Assembly (NCBI GenBank): GCA_963843145.1
Contig: CAWJJC010000028.1
Location: 448,001-512,000 of the forward strand
Direction: 5' to 3'
DNA length: 64,000 nt
From: an uncultured delta proteobacterium
Lineage (GTDB): Bacteria; Desulfobacterota; RBG-13-43-22
A program made the position numbers and the translations under genes. This document shows positions 35,079 through 45,170 of this stretch, in pieces; the stretch's first letter is position 1, and each line of letters begins with the position of its first letter. Below the pieces are notes generated by a model. The model was not told where the DNA came from, did no database searches, and saw only the letters and a program-made list of their open reading frames with translations.

Positions 35079-37265
35079 ATGGCCACCCGTGTTTCTAAAA
35101 TCGTCCTGTCACCCAATGCCCAAATCGTCTTAAACAAACGCTACCTGCGGAAAAATGACAAGGGGCAGGTGATCGAGAAACCGGAGGACATGTTTCGCCG
35201 GGTGGCCCGGGTGGTGGCCTCGGCCGACGCCCTCTACGGGAAGAAGACCCAGGTTAAGAAGAGCGAGGAAACTTTTTTTCGGATGATGACCCAGTTGGAG
35301 TTTATGCCCAATTCTCCGACCCTGATGAATGCCGGCCGCCAACTGGGACAGCTCTCCGCCTGTTTTGTTCTCCCGGTGGAGGATTCGATTGACAGCATTT
35401 TTGAGGCCATCAAACAAACGGCCATTATTCATAAAAGCGGCGGAGGGACCGGCTTTTCCTTTTCCAGAATCCGTCCGGAAAAGGATACGGTCAAATCCAC
35501 GCACGGCATTTCCAGCGGCCCCATTTCTTTCATGACCGTTTTTGATGTGGCCACCGAGACCATTAAGCAGGGGGGGACCCGGCGGGGGGCCAACATGGGA
35601 CTGCTCCGGGTGGACCACCCGGATATTGAAAAGTTTATTGAAGCCAAGCTGCAGACCGACCGCCTGAATAATTTCAATATCTCGGTCCTCATCCCGGATG
35701 CCTTTATGGAGGCCCTGGAAAAGGATCAGAACTATGACCTGGTCAATCCCCATACCGGTAAGGCCGTCCGCTCCGTTTCCGCCTTGTCCATTTTTAACAA
35801 GATCGTCCATTCCGCCTGGCGTAGCGGAGAACCGGGAGTGGTGTTTATCGACCGGATCAACCGGGATAACCCGACGCCGCATCTGGGACCCATCGAGGCC
35901 ACCAATCCCTGCGGGGAACAGCCCCTGTTGCCCTACGAGTCCTGCAACCTGGGGTCCCTCAACCTGGCCCGGATGGTGAAAAAGGGCAAAGTGAATTTCG
36001 AGAAGCTGCGCGGCACTATTCAGGAAGGGGTCCATTTTCTGGATAACGTCATTGATGTGAATAAATACCCCCTGCCGGAGATCGAAAAAATGACCCGGGG
36101 CAATCGCAAAATCGGCCTGGGTTTGATGGGCTTTGCCGATCTGCTGATCCAGGTGGGGGTTCCCTACAACTCGGAGCGGGCCGTGGAACTGGCCGAGCAG
36201 ATCATGGAATTCATTCAGACCGAGGCCCGAAAATCTTCGACCCAATTGGCCCGCGAGCGGGGAAATTTCCCCAATTTCAAGGGAAGCGTTTATGATCCGG
36301 GGCGGAAGGCCAAGGCCTACATGCGCAACGCCACCGCCACCACCCTGGCCCCCACCGGGACCATCAGCATCATTGCCGGGGCCTCCAGCGGCATTGAACC
36401 CTTGTTTGCCGTCTCTTACTATCGAACAGTGCTGGACGGAACCCGGATGGTGGAGGTTAATCCCTACTTCAAAAAAGCGGCCAAGGAGAAGGGCTTTTAC
36501 CGGCCCGAACTGATGGAGGAGATTGCCAAAGAAGGCTCCATCAAGCACCTGGAAGGGATCCCGGAGGAGTTGAAAACCCTGTTTGTCACCTCCCACGATA
36601 TCGACCCGGAATGGCATATACGCATCCAGGCGGCCTTTCAGCGGCACACGGACAACGCCGTCTCCAAGACCATCAATTTTCCCGAGGAAGCCACCCCGGA
36701 AGAAGTCAAGACCGCCTATTTGCTGGCCTACCGGGAGGGGTGTAAGGGGGTCACCATCTATCGCTACGGGAGCCGGGAAACCCAGGTGCTGAATCTGAGC
36801 AAGCCGGCGGAAGGCCCGAAGATCAATCCCCGCCCCCGGCCGGACCGGACCAACGGGGTCACGGAACGGATCAACACCGGCTGCGGGAAACTGTATGTAA
36901 CTATCAACGAGGATGAAAAAGGGTATTGCGAGGTCTTCGCCCAGATGGGCAAAACGGGGGGCTGCGCCTCGTCCCAGATCGAGGCCACCGGCCGATTGAT
37001 TTCCCTGGCCCTGCGCTCCGGGATCTCCATGGGTTCCGTTATCCGGCAGCTTTCCGGGATTCGCTGCCCCTCTCCGGCTTGGGTCAACGGCCACCAGGTC
37101 CTCTCCTGCCCGGATGCCATCGGCCGGGTGATCGGCAACTACACCCAGATCGAGACCTCCGAAAGCGGATCGCTTATGGGTTCCTGCCCGGATTGCGGCG
37201 GCCAGGTGGTCCACGAAAACGGCTGTCTGAACTGCCATTCCTGCGGATTTTCCAGGTGCAGTTGA
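35079..37265 (+). CDS. nrdJ: Vitamin B12-dependent (class II) ribonucleotide reductase with C-terminal TSCPD/Zn-ribbon region
   Basis: [40 protein letters not shown]; C-terminal TGCG, SCPDAI, CPDCG. GAGGAG RBS. Confidence 0.93.
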   Translation: MATRVSKIVLSPNAQIVLNKRYLRKNDKGQVIEKPEDMFRRVARVVASADALYGKKTQVKKSEETFFRMMTQLEFMPNSPTLMNAGRQLGQLSACFVLPVEDSIDSIFEAIKQTAIIHKSGGGTGFSFSRIRPEKDTVKSTHGISSGPISFMTVFDVATETIKQGGTRRGANMGLLRVDHPDIEKFIEAKLQTDRLNNFNISVLIPDAFMEALEKDQNYDLVNPHTGKAVRSVSALSIFNKIVHSAWRSGEPGVVFIDRINRDNPTPHLGPIEATNPCGEQPLLPYESCNLGSLNLARMVKKGKVNFEKLRGTIQEGVHFLDNVIDVNKYPLPEIEKMTRGNRKIGLGLMGFADLLIQVGVPYNSERAVELAEQIMEFIQTEARKSSTQLARERGNFPNFKGSVYDPGRKAKAYMRNATATTLAPTGTISIIAGASSGIEPLFAVSYYRTVLDGTRMVEVNPYFKKAAKEKGFYRPELMEEIAKEGSIKHLEGIPEELKTLFVTSHDIDPEWHIRIQAAFQRHTDNAVSKTINFPEEATPEEVKTAYLLAYREGCKGVTIYRYGSRETQVLNLSKPAEGPKINPRPRPDRTNGVTERINTGCGKLYVTINEDEKGYCEVFAQMGKTGGCASSQIEATGRLISLALRSGISMGSVIRQLSGIRCPSPAWVNGHQVLSCPDAIGRVIGNYTQIETSESGSLMGSCPDCGGQVVHENGCLNCHSCGFSRCS

Positions 37266-37280
37266 TCGTTGACTTGACCA

Positions 37281-37577
37281 ATGCTTTTAATGGGGCTCAA
37301 TATCGGTTTAGTGGCGGCGACCATTTTTTCGGTCTTGACCAATCACTCCATTCCCGTTGCTTTAGCGGTTTCCTGTGGGGCGATAGGAGGGGTGACGGTT
37401 TATTCGAGGATCAAAATCTGGAAAACCGGTAAAGTGAGACGCCTTTATGATCTGGTGCGGGACTACGAAGAAGCCGCGAAAAAGATGAGAACGTTCGACG
37501 CCATGTTTTGGGCCACCGGGGTGTTCAATCTGCTAGTCTGCCTCGCGTATGTGCTCAAGGGATATTTGAGCGCCTAG
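37281..37577 (+). CDS. Small membrane protein
   Basis: Three hydrophobic segments; fills the gap after nrdJ. Confidence 0.5.
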   Translation: MLLMGLNIGLVAATIFSVLTNHSIPVALAVSCGAIGGVTVYSRIKIWKTGKVRRLYDLVRDYEEAAKKMRTFDAMFWATGVFNLLVCLAYVLKGYLSA

Positions 37578-37676
37578 CAACAACCTGCCGGATCGGCACG
37601 CCTCCCGCCTTTGGCCGACCGACCGTAGGGGTGGGACGACCCTTCCTCTGCCACCAGGATTCGACACTTAACCGTC

Positions 37677-38246
37677 GTGACAAAAAAAAGTTCAAAAATC
37701 AAACCGGTCTTTCGAATTATCTCCGGCGGTCAAACCGGAGTGGACCGGGCCGCCCTGGACCTGGCCCTGGAACTGGAGATCCCCTGCGGGGGTTGGATTC
37801 CCAAAGGCCGGCGAGCCGAAGACGGGGCGATTCCGGAGTCGTATCCCTTAAGGGAGATGCCGTCGCCCGGATATCCGGCCCGGACCGCTAAAAACGTCCG
37901 TGAGTCGGATGGGACTCTTATACTGACTTGGGGACCACCCAGCGGAGGAACGGCCCTGACCGTCAGGCTGGCCCGAAAGCAGGGAAAGCCCTTCCTTTTG
38001 GTAGACCTGGCCAAAGGCGGTGACCCGAAAACCATTCGGGATTGGATCGGATTGAACGAAATCAAAATACTGAACGTAGCCGGTCCCCGGGAAGGCCAGG
38101 TTCCCGGCATCCATAACCAGGCCCTCATTTTTCTAAGGCGGGTGTTAAAAAAGGGGTTCTTATTTCCCAGGGCAGGGGAAAGTCAAAGGCCTGATGGCGT
38201 CCGCTTGAGTCGGCATTCAGACCCAAGCCTTAATCAGGTGGGATAG
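37677..38246 (+). CDS. Putative molybdenum-carrier-like / circularly permuted YpsA (SLOG) protein
   Basis: IISGGQTGVDRAALD, GGWIPKGRRAEDG, RTAKNVRESDGTL, LNVAGPRE. Confidence 0.82.
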   Translation: MTKKSSKIKPVFRIISGGQTGVDRAALDLALELEIPCGGWIPKGRRAEDGAIPESYPLREMPSPGYPARTAKNVRESDGTLILTWGPPSGGTALTVRLARKQGKPFLLVDLAKGGDPKTIRDWIGLNEIKILNVAGPREGQVPGIHNQALIFLRRVLKKGFLFPRAGESQRPDGVRLSRHSDPSLNQVG

Positions 38247-39074
38247 GGTCCCGACTCGTAGCCCGTCCAGGCGGTCCTTAAAGTATTGGGCATTGATCTC
38301 TTCCGGCCCTTGGTCCTCTACCGTTCCGAAACCCAGGGCGCGTAGATCCCCGGTCAGCAATCCGGGGTCGAAGAAGGCCTGCCACGGCTCTCCGGCCGAT
38401 GCTACCCGCTGCGCAAGTGCCTCGAAGACCAAACGCTGGGCCGGGGACAACAAAGACGGTGAGATCGCGTAGTCGAAGACGACCCCGCTTTCCGCCGGCG
38501 CCGAGGCGATGAAACGCAAGGTCGCCATCACGGCTTCGGTGGTCAGGTAAGGCGTCACGCCGAGCCACGAAAAGAAGGTCCCCTGGTCCGGATCATACCC
38601 CGCGCAGTGTAGCCCCTCGGCCAGCGTTTGTGCTTCGAAGTCGATGGGTGCGAAGGTAAGGTCACTGGGAAGGGTAATTCCGATCTCCTCAAGGCGCTCC
38701 TTTTTCCAGGTCTGCGTTGCAGGATGATCGACTTCAAACACCCGCAATACTCCTTGAGGATACGGGTTTCGGTAGGCGAAGGTATCCAACCCGGCGCCTA
38801 AAATGACATATTGGCGCACGCCGTGTTGAACACCATAGGCCAATTCGTCCTCGGCTAAGCGGCTGCGGGCGGCCATGAAAGCGCGCAGGTAAGACGACAG
38901 TGGGGTGCCCTCAAATTGACTCGGATCAGCCTGCAAAGCCGCAGCACTATCTCTGCCGATGATGCGCAGCGCGACAGGGTCCTCGAAAACTCTGGGATCA
39001 TCTAATAATTGATGAGACGCCCTTCGCAGCGCCACGCGTTGTGCGGTAATACTGGGTTGATTTTCTTTCATCAA
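38217..39074 (-). CDS. Class I SAM-dependent methyltransferase (LCM family)
   Basis: TAQRVALRRA, QYVILGAGLDTFAYR, VFEVDHPATQ, WLGVTPYL. Confidence 0.85.
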   Translation of the reverse strand: MMKENQPSITAQRVALRRASHQLLDDPRVFEDPVALRIIGRDSAAALQADPSQFEGTPLSSYLRAFMAARSRLAEDELAYGVQHGVRQYVILGAGLDTFAYRNPYPQGVLRVFEVDHPATQTWKKERLEEIGITLPSDLTFAPIDFEAQTLAEGLHCAGYDPDQGTFFSWLGVTPYLTTEAVMATLRFIASAPAESGVVFDYAISPSLLSPAQRLVFEALAQRVASAGEPWQAFFDPGLLTGDLRALGFGTVEDQGPEEINAQYFKDRLDGLRVGTLSHLIKAWV

Positions 39075-39097
39075 TGGTCGCCTTTCTCTCGTTATGT

Positions 39098-39658
39098 CTA
39101 AGGGACGGGAACCACCAGGCCGGGGATGGAATCAGCCATCCTTTTTCCTAGGGCGCTGTCGCCCGGCCAACGTTCCCTGAGCGATTGCACCGCGACGATC
39201 TTTTCCAATGGAGTGATCCTGCCGTACCGGAGGGCTTTTGTGGGACAGGTCGAAACGCAAGGGGGGACTCCGCCTGCCAGGACCGGTTCATTCGTACACA
39301 GGTCGCATTTCTGCATGGTCCCGTCTTTCCCGAACTGGGGCACCTGGAAGGGGCACGCCTCGAGGCAGCTTTGACAGCCGGTGCATGCCTCCCGGTCCAC
39401 CAGGACAACACCGTCCTCAGGCCGCTTCTTGATCGCGTCGGCTGGGCAGGCCGTCACGCAGGCGGCATCAACACAGTGCAGGCAGGCCAGGGAAAGGGAA
39501 GCACTTTTCACGTGGGGATAACGTCCCACCCAGAGGTTATCGACCCTTCGCCACTTTACGCCCAGTTCAACCCCTCTCCAGCTTTTACAGGCCGTCTCAC
39601 ATCCGTGACATTGAATACATTGCACTTCGCTGAATAGAATAGCGCATTCTTCAGGCAT
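39098..39658 (-). CDS. 4Fe-4S subunit (DmsB/PsrB-like)
   Basis: CIQCHGCETAC, CLHCVDAACVTACP, CTGCQSCLEACP, KCDLC..CVSTCP. Alternative start GTG 39679. Confidence 0.88.
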   Translation of the reverse strand: MPEECAILFSEVQCIQCHGCETACKSWRGVELGVKWRRVDNLWVGRYPHVKSASLSLACLHCVDAACVTACPADAIKKRPEDGVVLVDREACTGCQSCLEACPFQVPQFGKDGTMQKCDLCTNEPVLAGGVPPCVSTCPTKALRYGRITPLEKIVAVQSLRERWPGDSALGKRMADSIPGLVVPVP

Positions 39659-39678
39659 GTACCCTTCTCCTTCCTCCA

Positions 39679-41925
39679 CTAGGGCGCGACTCTTCTCACC
39701 TGGACCAGCGTTTGACTGGCCATGGCCGTTATGAGCGGATCATAGGCCGTCTTCGGATCGACGCTATACATGTTATTGACGTTGGCCCCGCCGTCCAGGA
39801 GGGGAGTATCTTCGAACCCCAATTCCGAGCACCCCTGCCACCATCCGTGAAGCATCATTACCGTGTCGGGTCTGATGCCGGGATAAATCTCCGCCTTGAC
39901 CTTCAGCCAACCGTGGGGTGAGTCAACGATTACCCAGTCTCCCTGCTGGATGCCGCGCTCGGAGGCCGTCGCCGGATGGATGTGCAGAAGCGGATAGGGA
40001 GCCAGTTCCCGTAGGAGGGGCAGGTTCCTTTGCCAGGAGGCCGTGTAGCCCTTGGAAGTGTGGTAATCGGAAAGGATGAGGGGATACTTTTCCCGGAGGG
40101 CCGGTGTGCCCGTCAGGCTCTCGGGCGGCTCCCTCCATTCGGGGAGTGGATTGAACCCCGCTTCTTCAAACGAGGTATTGTATATTTCCACCTTTCCGTG
40201 GGGAAGGAAGGGCGTACCGGAAAGGCGGAGACTTTTTCTCCCGAAGAATTGCTCGTATTTCTCGTAGGTCCTGGGAAGGACGTCATAGACGATTCCGGTG
40301 GGATGGCTTCTCAAATCATCGATAGTCATCCGGAAGGGCTGTAATTGATCATTCATCGAATCGGTCATATTGCCGTTCCAAAAGTCCCGGCCGTACCCCA
40401 TTTCCACCGCCAGATCGAGGACGAACTGGTACATGGATTTTAGATCCCCCAGCGGTTCGATCACTTTCCTCCTGGCCATGATCCAGTGTCCCCGCGCCTC
40501 AAAGGGATGATCGGTCTCATAGGGCGTGGCTAAGGGAATGACCACGTCGGCATAAGCCTGATCGGCGGTACGGGCCACGTCGGCGACCACGTAAAAATCG
40601 AGTTTCTTGAGGGCCTCCACCACCTGCTTGGATCCTCGGGTACTGACCGTGGGCTGGGTACCGGGGGCGATCACGGCCCTAATGGGGTACGGTTTTTCGG
40701 TCAAAATGCTGTCGAAGATCCCGTAGTAGCTGGAGGTCAATCCTTCCAGGAAGGGCTGAAAAACCTTCGGAAACTCCGGCCGCACCAGTTTGTCCACCAT
40801 CTCCGGCGTGTAGGGTCCGGGGAAGGTGGCGCTTTTTGGTATGGGCATGATATTGGGGGCGCCGAAATGACCGCCGAGGATATTGCCGCCGGGTCGGTCC
40901 AGGTGGCCCGTAATCGCGATGAGGATGGCCACGGCCCGGATGGCATCATTCGACGAAGGGGCGTGCTCCACACCGTTTCCCAGGTCGATACATGCCCGTT
41001 CAGCCCGGGCGTAGGTTCTGGCGATATCCACAATCTGTGTCGCCGGCACCCCGGTTATCCTTTCCGCCCAGGAGGGCGGGTATTTCTGGATGTGTGTTTT
41101 TAACTGCTCATAACCGAAGCACCAGGCGGCTACGAATTCTTCGTCGAACAACTCCTCGTTCACTACCACGTAAAGCATGGCCAGGGCCAGGGCCGCATCC
41201 GTACCCGGCCGGATGGGCACCCAGACATCGGCCATCCCCACATCCGGCTCTACCGAGGGCTTGATGGCGATGATTTGCGCCCCTCGTTCCTTGGCCCGGA
41301 TAAGACTTCTGGCCCCTTCCATGGCCGGGGCGGAATAGATCGGCTGGCGGCCCCAGTAAATGATCAATTCGCTCTCCTCGATATCCACACCGGGCCAGTC
41401 GGCCAGGGTATAGGAAAAGGCAAAGGCCCGCTGCATGGCGCAGATGCCGCTATGGGCGTAGTTCGGGCTTCCATGGACGCCGAGGAAGCGTCGGAAATAA
41501 TCGTTATAGGACCTGAACGCCGGCGACAGGACGGCGAGAGATTCCGGTCCGAAGGCCTGCTTTTGACGCTTTAAGGTGTCCGCGATGAGACCGATCGCTT
41601 CCCCCCAGGTGATCTTTTTAAACGCACCTTCTCCCTTTTTCCCGACCCGTTTGAGGGGACTGGTCAGCCGGTCTTTCGAATAAACCCATTGTGGCGCCGC
41701 GTGGGCCTTGGGGCATAAGGTCCCCTTGTTAACCGGGGATTCTTTCATCCCCGCCACTTTGGTGAACTGGCCTTCCTTCGCGAAAGCATAAATACCGCAG
41801 CCCATGGTGGGGCCGCACATGGCGCACAAGGTTGGCGTGACGGTTTCCCCAGCCCTCCCCGCCAGAGCAGAGGCCTCATCAAGGCTCATCGATATGAAGT
41901 CATCTTTTTCTCTTGCCGTTGTCAT
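39679..41925 (-). CDS. Molybdopterin (DMSO reductase family) oxidoreductase catalytic subunit, no Tat signal
   Basis: CAMC....GC..LCPK FS0 motif, IRPGTDAALALAM, ITGHLDRPGG, TADQAYADVVIP, IHPATA..RGI. Confidence 0.9.
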   Translation of the reverse strand: MTTAREKDDFISMSLDEASALAGRAGETVTPTLCAMCGPTMGCGIYAFAKEGQFTKVAGMKESPVNKGTLCPKAHAAPQWVYSKDRLTSPLKRVGKKGEGAFKKITWGEAIGLIADTLKRQKQAFGPESLAVLSPAFRSYNDYFRRFLGVHGSPNYAHSGICAMQRAFAFSYTLADWPGVDIEESELIIYWGRQPIYSAPAMEGARSLIRAKERGAQIIAIKPSVEPDVGMADVWVPIRPGTDAALALAMLYVVVNEELFDEEFVAAWCFGYEQLKTHIQKYPPSWAERITGVPATQIVDIARTYARAERACIDLGNGVEHAPSSNDAIRAVAILIAITGHLDRPGGNILGGHFGAPNIMPIPKSATFPGPYTPEMVDKLVRPEFPKVFQPFLEGLTSSYYGIFDSILTEKPYPIRAVIAPGTQPTVSTRGSKQVVEALKKLDFYVVADVARTADQAYADVVIPLATPYETDHPFEARGHWIMARRKVIEPLGDLKSMYQFVLDLAVEMGYGRDFWNGNMTDSMNDQLQPFRMTIDDLRSHPTGIVYDVLPRTYEKYEQFFGRKSLRLSGTPFLPHGKVEIYNTSFEEAGFNPLPEWREPPESLTGTPALREKYPLILSDYHTSKGYTASWQRNLPLLRELAPYPLLHIHPATASERGIQQGDWVIVDSPHGWLKVKAEIYPGIRPDTVMMLHGWWQGCSELGFEDTPLLDGGANVNNMYSVDPKTAYDPLITAMASQTLVQVRRVAP

Positions 41926-42203
41926 TTCTCCTCCAGGCGATCAGCCGTCCCGGCCAGGCTCACCCTTATTATCTTTTAACAGAAGGGTATGACCTGGTAT
42001 CACGGCCTTGCGATGAAATGAGTATAAGACAAGAAGAGGGCCGGCTCAAGGTGAAAAATACCGGTAACCCGATAAACTGGCAAGAAGCCTTTAGGGCAAT
42101 TGAAAAGTTAAATCAGACCGGGCGAAAAGCAAAATCTTCGTTGACTTGAAGTGCGGTTTTGGGGTAACCATAACTTTTTCAGAATAAAGGAGAAGGAGAA
42201 AGT

Positions 42204-42641
42204 ATGGCGTTTAGAATAAGATTGGTTCCCTTGTTTGTTATGGCACTGCTGTTTTTATCCGTAATGCCTTCCTGGGCCGACGTATACCTGCCCTTGATCA
42301 AAAAAGATCCTTTGAGTTCGATTCCAATACTCCACTCTGTTTCTATTATCCCCGATTCCGCATCTTCCGGAAGTGTCGTTGATATATCCTTCAAATTTAT
42401 TTTCACTGATTTCGGTGGAGACCTGAATGGCGGGTCCTTGAATTTCGTTGATCCCAGCGGCACCACCAACACCCTGACCATTCCCGGAAGTTATCAGGGC
42501 CAGACCAGCGGTACCGGATACGGGTATTTGAATAATATGGAAATCGATCTCCCCCCTGGTAAGTATACTATTCCGGTTTATTTGAAGGATAAAGCCGGAA
42601 ACCAATCGAACACCGTCCAGGTAATTTGGACCATAACGTAA
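42204..42641 (+). CDS. Secreted Ig-like protein with an N-terminal VYLPLIKK motif
   Basis: Signal peptide ending SWA, then DVYLPLIKK; GKYTIPVYLKDKAGNQSN. Confidence 0.75.
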   Translation: MAFRIRLVPLFVMALLFLSVMPSWADVYLPLIKKDPLSSIPILHSVSIIPDSASSGSVVDISFKFIFTDFGGDLNGGSLNFVDPSGTTNTLTIPGSYQGQTSGTGYGYLNNMEIDLPPGKYTIPVYLKDKAGNQSNTVQVIWTIT

Positions 42642-42804
42642 TAATTTGTTAGCCCCGGTATTTACAGTCGCATAATTGTATTTTGGTTCTCTTTATCTCT
42701 CGCCCGCTTCGCTCGAGATCGCGGAGGCGCAGAGAAAGACGCGGATATCCAAATTGAGACCGTTAAAAATGGGCGAAGACCCATAAAAAAGGAGGGATTC
42801 ATTA

Positions 42805-43425
42805 ATGAAAAAAGTGAAATGGTTTGTTGCGGTCCTGGCTTTATTGGTTTGGGTCCTGCCCGTCTCGGGAGGGGACAGCCCCAGCAAGGCGCCGGGGAAA
42901 TTCAAGGATTGGGACGGATTGATTGATGAACTGGAGATTATCGAGCCATTCCAGATCGTCAGTTTCTCAAAAATTATTATTGTACCGCTGGATACGGCCT
43001 CAACCCCGCTCCCGGAAAAGGACGATAACACCTTTGAGCCGACATCCAGAATCTTGGCCAAAGTGAATCAAATCTTTATCGAGGGCTTCAAAAAGGGGGT
43101 AGGGGATAAAATTTCCGTTCTCTTAGGGGGGAAAGAGACGACTGGAGACATTTCGGAACCCGGGGTGCTGATCATCAAGGGACGGGTGACCGAAATGAAC
43201 CCCGGTTCACGCTCCAAGCGAGTGTGGATCGGGTTTGGGGCCGGGAAGTCGCGGGTGGAAATTCAGGGGACCGTCATTGAAGCCAAAACACAAAAAGAGC
43301 TTTTGCGGTTCAAGCATGCCCGGGTTTCCGGGATCGGCATGTTCGGGGGGGATTATGCCGATTTCCTGACCGATGATACCGGCGATGTGGGGGAAGATAT
43401 CGGCAAGCTGCTTCAAAAATTCTAA
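42805..43425 (+). CDS. Exported protein, DUF4410-like
   Basis: Signal peptide; IIKGRVTEMNPGSRSKRVWIGFGAGKS. AGGAGG RBS. Confidence 0.72.
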   Translation: MKKVKWFVAVLALLVWVLPVSGGDSPSKAPGKFKDWDGLIDELEIIEPFQIVSFSKIIIVPLDTASTPLPEKDDNTFEPTSRILAKVNQIFIEGFKKGVGDKISVLLGGKETTGDISEPGVLIIKGRVTEMNPGSRSKRVWIGFGAGKSRVEIQGTVIEAKTQKELLRFKHARVSGIGMFGGDYADFLTDDTGDVGEDIGKLLQKF

Positions 43426-43763
43426 CAGAACAGGTCGTACTGACCTGCCGGAACTGGATCCGGATGCTGCTGGACAACAAATGGTCGGCCATTCCGCGGC
43501 TGTGACCAGGGCATGTACCGGACCGGATTGTGGGACATTGGGCTGAAAAACTGGCAACAGGCGGAACTGATCAGCCCGATCGGAGAGAAATCGGCGGAGG
43601 ATTATTAGGCTGGGTAGAATCAACCGGCGAAAGCCAACTTCACCTACAACTGTTTCTTTTAAAAAAGCTTCACAGTTAAGGATTATGGTTAGAAATGTGC
43701 CGGGAAAGGATAAATTCCCCCCACCCGTCAGAGGTATTGGGGAAATGGGACCAAAGATGCCCG

Positions 43764-45158
43764 TCACACTGCAAATTCAAGTACGAACCGTGTCCCGTTC
43801 TCACGTTCAATCTTAATGGTGCCACCAATTTGCTTCGTTAGCCGACCGGCCAATTGAAGCCCAAACCCAGAGGAGTTTTCAATATCAATGGTCTCTGGAA
43901 TACCGTTCCCGTTGTCCTCGATAACGAGCGTCGCGCGATGGTCCTTGATCGCGGCCGATATCTTTATCAAGCCATCGTCTCTGCCGAGGAAAGCGTGTTT
44001 CATGGCGTTGGTGAGGAGCTCGTTGACGATGATCCCCAAGGGAGACAATAAATTTACACCAAGTACAAAATCATCGATCCGTGTTTCGATTTGTACTGAT
44101 GCTTTATTAGGGAAAACATTGATGATCTCATCAACCAAGGCCGGGAGGTAGTGCTTGATCGACATCTCTCTTAGATTCTCGTTGAGGTATAATTTGTTGT
44201 ACAACACCGACATACTTTGCAAACGACTTTTGGCGTCCTCCAAGGCGGCGACGGCTTTCCAGTCTTCCAGCGTTTCCGATTGCAGCGACAGCAGGCTCAC
44301 CATGGTATTCATGTTGTTCTTGATGTGGTGGTGGACCTCCCGGAGGAGGAGTTCTTTTTCTTCTAGGAGGGCATTGATTTTTTCCTCCGCCCGCTTGCGT
44401 TCGGTGATGTCACGGCTGCTCACCGTCAGGCCGACGATTTCGCCGTCGCGTTTCACCGGCCCGACGTAGGATTCAAAGGATTGGAAAGTGCCATCTGCAT
44501 ATCGATGGATGCTCTCAAGTTCCCCAGGTTGCCCTGTTTGCAGCACACGTTCAAAACATTCCCGTGTGGGCTGTTCATATTCCTTCGGAGTAAAGTTATA
44601 GAAAGATGAGCCGATAACCTGTGCCTTGGTCAACCCCGGCAAAATGTGATTGATGAAAAGGGTAGTAGCGTCTCGGTCAAGCAGCGCCATATAGTCAGGC
44701 GAGTATTCGGTCAGCGATCGCCACTTTTCTTCACTATCTCGCAGCATCTCCATAGTATTGAGTAATTTCTTGTTCGCCTCAAAAAGCTCAAAGGCCATTT
44801 CGATCGAAGACCGAAGTACAAAATCTCCGGAATCCTTGAGCACGTAGGCGTAGCGGGTGATCTCTTTTACTCTATCCACATATTCTTTTTCCAAATGGGA
44901 GGTTAGGAACACGATGGGGATATTCTGCTTCCGGAGAATTTGCTTCATCGCTTCCGGCCAGTCGATCCCACTGCCGAGGTCGATACCCATGAGGATAAGA
45001 CTTATCTTCTCATTGCTGTCTGCGATTTCAACCGCCTTCTCGCCGGAGGTCGCGACGATAACATTGTATCCAAAGCTCTCGATCGTTTGCGCATCATAAA
45101 TAGCGTCAAAAACATCGTCTTCAACGAGCAGAATGGTTTTCTGCTCCTGGGTGCTCAT
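43764..45158 (-). CDS. REC-PAS-HisKA_2 sensor histidine kinase
   Basis: ILLVEDD, SRDITERK, EVHHHIKNN, NELLTNAMKHAF, DNGNG, GFGL. Confidence 0.88.
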   Translation of the reverse strand: MSTQEQKTILLVEDDVFDAIYDAQTIESFGYNVIVATSGEKAVEIADSNEKISLILMGIDLGSGIDWPEAMKQILRKQNIPIVFLTSHLEKEYVDRVKEITRYAYVLKDSGDFVLRSSIEMAFELFEANKKLLNTMEMLRDSEEKWRSLTEYSPDYMALLDRDATTLFINHILPGLTKAQVIGSSFYNFTPKEYEQPTRECFERVLQTGQPGELESIHRYADGTFQSFESYVGPVKRDGEIVGLTVSSRDITERKRAEEKINALLEEKELLLREVHHHIKNNMNTMVSLLSLQSETLEDWKAVAALEDAKSRLQSMSVLYNKLYLNENLREMSIKHYLPALVDEIINVFPNKASVQIETRIDDFVLGVNLLSPLGIIVNELLTNAMKHAFLGRDDGLIKISAAIKDHRATLVIEDNGNGIPETIDIENSSGFGLQLAGRLTKQIGGTIKIERENGTRFVLEFAV

Positions 45159-45170
45159 GGGTGACCTTCC

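Noticed and set aside
35130-37238. 702-aa minus-strand ORF
   Set aside because: Antisense shadow of nrdJ caused by GC-rich codon bias; no recognisable motifs.
37677-38246. Functional link between the 'molybdenum carrier'-like gene and the nearby molybdoenzyme
   Set aside because: Opposite strand, convergent and separated by other genes. The family name is not good evidence of Mo handling.
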